Positions 16,565 through 19,922 of a DNA stretch of 19,922 bases are shown here, piece after piece. Where the stretch lies: IMG/VR virus record IMGVR_UViG_2671180676_000002, one strand, 5' to 3'. The notes beneath the pieces are model-generated. The model made no database searches. It was given only the letters and a program-made list of their open reading frames with translations, and was not told the origin of the DNA. Each line of letters begins with the position of its first letter. Positions within the stretch are counted from its first letter, which is position 1. The position numbers and the translations under genes are program-made. Source of the DNA: a virus (Duplodnaviria > Heunggongvirae > Uroviricota > Caudoviricetes).

Positions 16565-16977
16565 TGATTGTGCTGGTTGTGTTGTTATCACTGGCGGTGG
16601 CCGGTCTGTTTCTGGTGAAACACAAAAATGCCAGCCTGCGCGCCTCGCTGGACAGGGCGAACAACGTCGCCAGCGGGCAGCAGACGACCATCACCATGCT
16701 GAAAAATCAGCTTCATGTTGCCCTCACCAGGGCAGACAAAAACGAGCTGGCGCAGGTGGCACTGCGTCAGGAACTGGAAAACGCCGCGAAGCGTGAAGCT
16801 CAGCGCGAGAAAACCATCACGAGATTACTCAATGAAAACGAAGATTTCCGCCGCTGGTACGGTGCTGACCTGCCTGATGTTGTGCGCCGGTTGCACCAGC
16901 GTCCGGCCTGCACCGACGCCAGTGATTGTCGCCAACGCCTGCCCGAAAGTGAGTCTTTGCCCGATGCCGGGCAGTGA
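16552..16977 (+). CDS. lysB: LysB, Rz-like inner-membrane spanin, 141 aa
   Basis: N-terminal transmembrane segment (LMIVLVVLLSLAVAGLFLV) followed by a charged helical periplasmic domain; 141 aa. Confidence 0.8.
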   Translation: MSKLMIVLVVLLSLAVAGLFLVKHKNASLRASLDRANNVASGQQTTITMLKNQLHVALTRADKNELAQVALRQELENAAKREAQREKTITRLLNENEDFRRWYGADLPDVVRRLHQRPACTDASDCRQRLPESESLPDAGQ

Positions 16978-17122
16978 CCCGCAGACGAACGGCGATTTAA
17001 GTGCCGATATCCGGCAGCTTGAGAACGCGCTGGCACGCTGTGCCAGCCAGGTAAAAATGATTAAACACTGTCAGGATGAAAACGATGCTCAAACCCGACA
17101 GCCTGCGCAGGGCGCTGACTGA
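16832..17122 (+). CDS. lysC: LysC, Rz1-like outer-membrane lipoprotein spanin, 96 aa, embedded in the +1 frame of lysB
   Basis: ATG 16832 inside lysB in another frame; signal-like N-terminus ending LCAGC (lipobox-like) followed by a proline-rich segment (RPAPTPV..CPKVSLCPMPGSDP). Confidence 0.7.
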   Translation: MKTKISAAGTVLTCLMLCAGCTSVRPAPTPVIVANACPKVSLCPMPGSDPQTNGDLSADIRQLENALARCASQVKMIKHCQDENDAQTRQPAQGAD

Positions 17123-17552
17123 TGCCGTCACGGTGCTGAAAACCAGTCCAGAGATGCTGCGGATATTCGTGGATAACGGGAGTATTGCCTCCACACTGGC
17201 GACGTCGTTGTCATTCGAAAAGCGTTACACGCTCAATGTGATTGTGACCGACTTTACCGGTGATTTTGACCTGCTCATCGTGCCGGTGCTGGCGTGGCTG
17301 CGGGAAAATCAGCCCGACATCATGACCACCGACGAAGGCCAGAAAAAGGGCTTCACGTTTTATGCAGACATCAACAATGACAGCAGCTTTGATATCAGTA
17401 TCAGCCTGATGCTGACCGAGCGCACGCTGGTCAGTGAGGTGGACGGCGCGCTGCATGTGAAGAATATCCCGGAACCTCCGCCGCCGGAGCCGGTCACCCG
17501 CCCGATGGAGCTGTATATCAATGGCGAACTCGTGAGTAAGTGGGATGAATGA
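17085..17552 (+). CDS. R: Tail completion protein R, 155 aa
   Basis: ATG 17085 with AGGA RBS gives 155 aa as P2 R. Confidence 0.85.
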   Translation: MLKPDSLRRALTDAVTVLKTSPEMLRIFVDNGSIASTLATSLSFEKRYTLNVIVTDFTGDFDLLIVPVLAWLRENQPDIMTTDEGQKKGFTFYADINNDSSFDISISLMLTERTLVSEVDGALHVKNIPEPPPPEPVTRPMELYINGELVSKWDE

Positions 17553-17997
17553 GTTTAAGCGTTTTGAAGACCGGCTGACCGGACTGATTGAGTCGCTGTC
17601 ACCGTCAGGGCGTCGGCGACTGAGTGCCGAACTGGCGAAACGTCTGCGGCAGAGTCAGCAGCGTCGGGTGATGGCACAGAAAGCCCCGGATGGCACACCC
17701 TATGCGCCACGCCAGCAGCAGAGCGCCAGAAAAAAGACCGGTCGCGTTAAGCGAAAAATGTTTGCGAAACTTATCACCAGTCGTTTTTTGCATATCCGCG
17801 CCAGCCCGGAACAGGCATCAATGGAATTTTACGGCGGGAAGTCACCGAAAATCGCCAGCGTGCATCAGTTTGGTCTGTCGGAAGAAACCCGGAAAGACGG
17901 TAAGAAAATTGATTATCCGGCGCGTCCTCTGCTCGGCTTTACCGGTGAGGATGTGCAGATGATTGAAGAGATTATCCTGGCTCACCTCGACCGTTAG
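17545..17997 (+). CDS. S: Tail completion protein S, 150 aa
   Basis: 150-aa ORF overlapping the R stop by 8 nt; order and size as P2 S. Confidence 0.85.
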   Translation: MNEFKRFEDRLTGLIESLSPSGRRRLSAELAKRLRQSQQRRVMAQKAPDGTPYAPRQQQSARKKTGRVKRKMFAKLITSRFLHIRASPEQASMEFYGGKSPKIASVHQFGLSEETRKDGKKIDYPARPLLGFTGEDVQMIEEIILAHLDR

Positions 17998-18063
17998 TTG
18001 TGCCATTCCCGACACCTCATCGTTACATTGCCGCCGGTATGACCCGGCGGCATCCTTCCCGTT

Positions 18064-18699
18064 ATGAACACTCTCGCAAATATCCAGGAACTCGCGCGCG
18101 CACTGCGCAACATGATCCGCACCGGCCTTGTCGTCGAAACCAACCTTAAAGCCGGTCGCTGCCGTGTGCAGACCGGCGGCATGTGCACCGACTGGCTTCA
18201 GTGGCTGACCCATCGCGCCGGTCGTTCGCGCACATGGTGGGCACCTTCCGTGGGGGAGCAGGTGCTGATTCTGGCCGTGGGCGGTGAACTTGACACGGCG
18301 TTTGTTCTGCCGGGGATTTATTCCGGCGATAACCCCGCGCCGTCTGCGTCGGCGGATGCCCTGCATATCCGTTTCCCTGACGGGGCGGTGATTGAGTATG
18401 AACCCGAAACCAGTGCACTCACGGTAAGCGGAATTAAAACGGCCAGCGTGACGGCTTCTGATTCTGTTACTGCCACGGTGCCGGTGGTCATGGTGAAAGC
18501 ATCAACCCGCGTCACCCTGGACACACCGGAGGTGGTCTGCACCAACAGGCTGATTACCGGCACGCTGGAAGTGCAGAAGGGCGGGACGATGCGCGGCAAC
18601 ATTGAACACACCGGCGGTGAACTCTCATCAAACGGTAAGGTACTGCATACCCATAAACACCCCGGCGACAGCGGCGGCACAACCGGGAGCCCTCTATGA
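18064..18699 (+). CDS. V: Baseplate central spike protein V, 211 aa
   Basis: 211-aa ORF beginning a new operon after a 66-bp intergenic gap; size and order as P2 V. Confidence 0.9.
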   Translation: MNTLANIQELARALRNMIRTGLVVETNLKAGRCRVQTGGMCTDWLQWLTHRAGRSRTWWAPSVGEQVLILAVGGELDTAFVLPGIYSGDNPAPSASADALHIRFPDGAVIEYEPETSALTVSGIKTASVTASDSVTATVPVVMVKASTRVTLDTPEVVCTNRLITGTLEVQKGGTMRGNIEHTGGELSSNGKVLHTHKHPGDSGGTTGSPL

Positions 18700-19043
18700 C
18701 AGCGCGTTATCTCGGAATGAATCGCAGTGATGGCCTGACTGTCACTGACCTTGAGCATATCAGCCAGAGTATCGGCGATATCCTGCGCACACCGGTCGGC
18801 TCACGGGTGATGCGCCGTGATTACGGCTCGTTGCTGGCGTCAATGATTGACCAGCCGCAGACCCCGGCGCTTGAGTTGCAGATTAAGGTCGCCTGTTACA
18901 TGGCGGTGCTGAAATGGGAACCCCGCGTCACCCTGTCATCCGTCACCACTGAGCGCAGTTTTGACGGGCGAATGACAGTTACGTTAACCGGCCAGCACAA
19001 CGACACCGGCCAGCCACTTTCGTTAACCATCCCTGTGAGTTGA
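18696..19043 (+). CDS. W: Baseplate wedge protein W (T4 gp25-like), 115 aa
   Basis: 115-aa ORF overlapping the V stop by 4 nt. Confidence 0.9.
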   Translation: MTARYLGMNRSDGLTVTDLEHISQSIGDILRTPVGSRVMRRDYGSLLASMIDQPQTPALELQIKVACYMAVLKWEPRVTLSSVTTERSFDGRMTVTLTGQHNDTGQPLSLTIPVS

Positions 19044-19047
19044 AACC

Positions 19048-19922
19048 ATGCCGATTATCGACCTGAACCAGCTACCTGCACCGGATGTGGTCGAGGAGCT
19101 GGACTTTGAAACCATTCTTGCCGAACGCAAGGCGACACTGATTTCCCTTTACCCGGAAGACCAGCAGGAGGCGGTCGCCCGTACCCTGACGCTGGAATCC
19201 GAGCCTCTCGTCAAACTGCTGGAGGAAAATGCTTATCGTGAGCTTATCTGGCGTCAGCGTGTGAATGAGGCCGCACGGGCGGTGATGCTGGCCTGTGCCG
19301 CGGGTAACGACCTTGATGTGATTGGTGCCAATTACAACACCACGCGTCTGACTATCACCCCGGCAGATGATTCGACCATCCCGCCGACACCGGCAGTGAT
19401 GGAATCTGATACCGATTATCGTCTGCGTATTCAGCAGGCGTTTGAAGGTTTAAGCGTCGCCGGGTCGGTGGGTGCCTATCAGTATCATGGTCGCAGTGCT
19501 GACGGGCGTGTCGCGGATATCTCTGTCACCAGTCCGTCTCCGGCCTGCGTCACCATCTCTGTGCTGTCACGTGAGAATAACGGTGTCGCATCCGAAGACC
19601 TGCTGGCGGTGGTGCGTAACGCCCTGAATGGCGAGGACGTCAGACCGGTGGCCGACCGCGTGACCGTGCAGTCTGCCGCCATTGTTGAATACCAGATAAA
19701 CGCCACGCTTTACCTTTACCCTGGTCCCGAAAGTGAACCCATCCGCGCGGCCGCCGTGAAAAAACTGGAAGCATACATCACGGCACAGCACCGGCTGGGG
19801 CGCGACATCCGTCTGTCTGCCATTTATGCCGCTTTGCATGTGGAAGGCGTGCAGCGTGTCGAACTGGCTGCACCGCTGGCCGACATCGTGCTCAACAATA
19901 CGCAGGTGCGTATTACCGTGAA
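19048..19922 (+). CDS. J: Baseplate protein J, 5' portion (3' end beyond window)
   Basis: ATG at 19048 five nt after the W stop; open frame to the window end (MPIIDLNQLPAPDVVEELDFETIL...). Confidence 0.9.
   Translation, partial: MPIIDLNQLPAPDVVEELDFETILAERKATLISLYPEDQQEAVARTLTLESEPLVKLLEENAYRELIWRQRVNEAARAVMLACAAGNDLDVIGANYNTTRLTITPADDSTIPPTPAVMESDTDYRLRIQQAFEGLSVAGSVGAYQYHGRSADGRVADISVTSPSPACVTISVLSRENNGVASEDLLAVVRNALNGEDVRPVADRVTVQSAAIVEYQINATLYLYPGPESEPIRAAAVKKLEAYITAQHRLGRDIRLSAIYAALHVEGVQRVELAAPLADIVLNNTQVRITV

Noticed and set aside
15967-16796. ORFs 15967-16539, 16406-16591, 16467-16697, 16536-16796
   Set aside because: Overlap K, lysA and lysB in other frames; only lysC (16832-17122) is accepted as an embedded gene, because it has a start codon, lipoprotein-like signal and known precedent.
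17842-18758. Minus-strand ORFs 17842-18366, 18146-18418, 18318-18758
   Set aside because: Antisense to S, V and W; GC-rich shadow frames.
19485-19839. Minus-strand ORFs 19485-19706 and 19567-19839
   Set aside because: Antisense to J.
1-19922. CRISPR arrays, tRNA or rRNA genes
   Set aside because: I saw no regularly spaced direct repeats with unique spacers and no obvious tRNA-like cloverleaf region at the prophage boundary; not verified with a dedicated tool.

Overview
This window is the left two-thirds of a P2-like (Peduovirus-type) prophage, probably in an enterobacterial genome. All calls come from reading the sequence and the supplied ORF translations; no database search was run. Left to right: (1) the 3' end of an IS3-family insertion sequence (1-202), ending 47 bp beyond the integrase stop codon; (2) the lysogeny and early block at 250-6101: int, C immunity repressor, the face-to-face Pe/Pc switch, cox, orf78, B, orf80-83 and the rolling-circle initiator A; (3) a roughly 2.5 kb, visibly AT-rich accessory island (6102-8628) in the slot that holds tin/old in P2; (4) the P2 cohesive-end site cos (8629-8647); (5) late genes Q and P (leftward), then O, N, M, L, X, Y, K, lysA, lysB, lysC, R, S, V, W and the 5' part of J (rightward). 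The accessory island is the candidate for a novel or poorly described anti-phage cargo. It carries a small DUF2158/YodC-like gene, a 226-aa orphan gene, and a convergent 313-aa gene with a HEPN-type RNDNFH motif. The rest is conserved P2 backbone, with product lengths matching P2 as I recall them.
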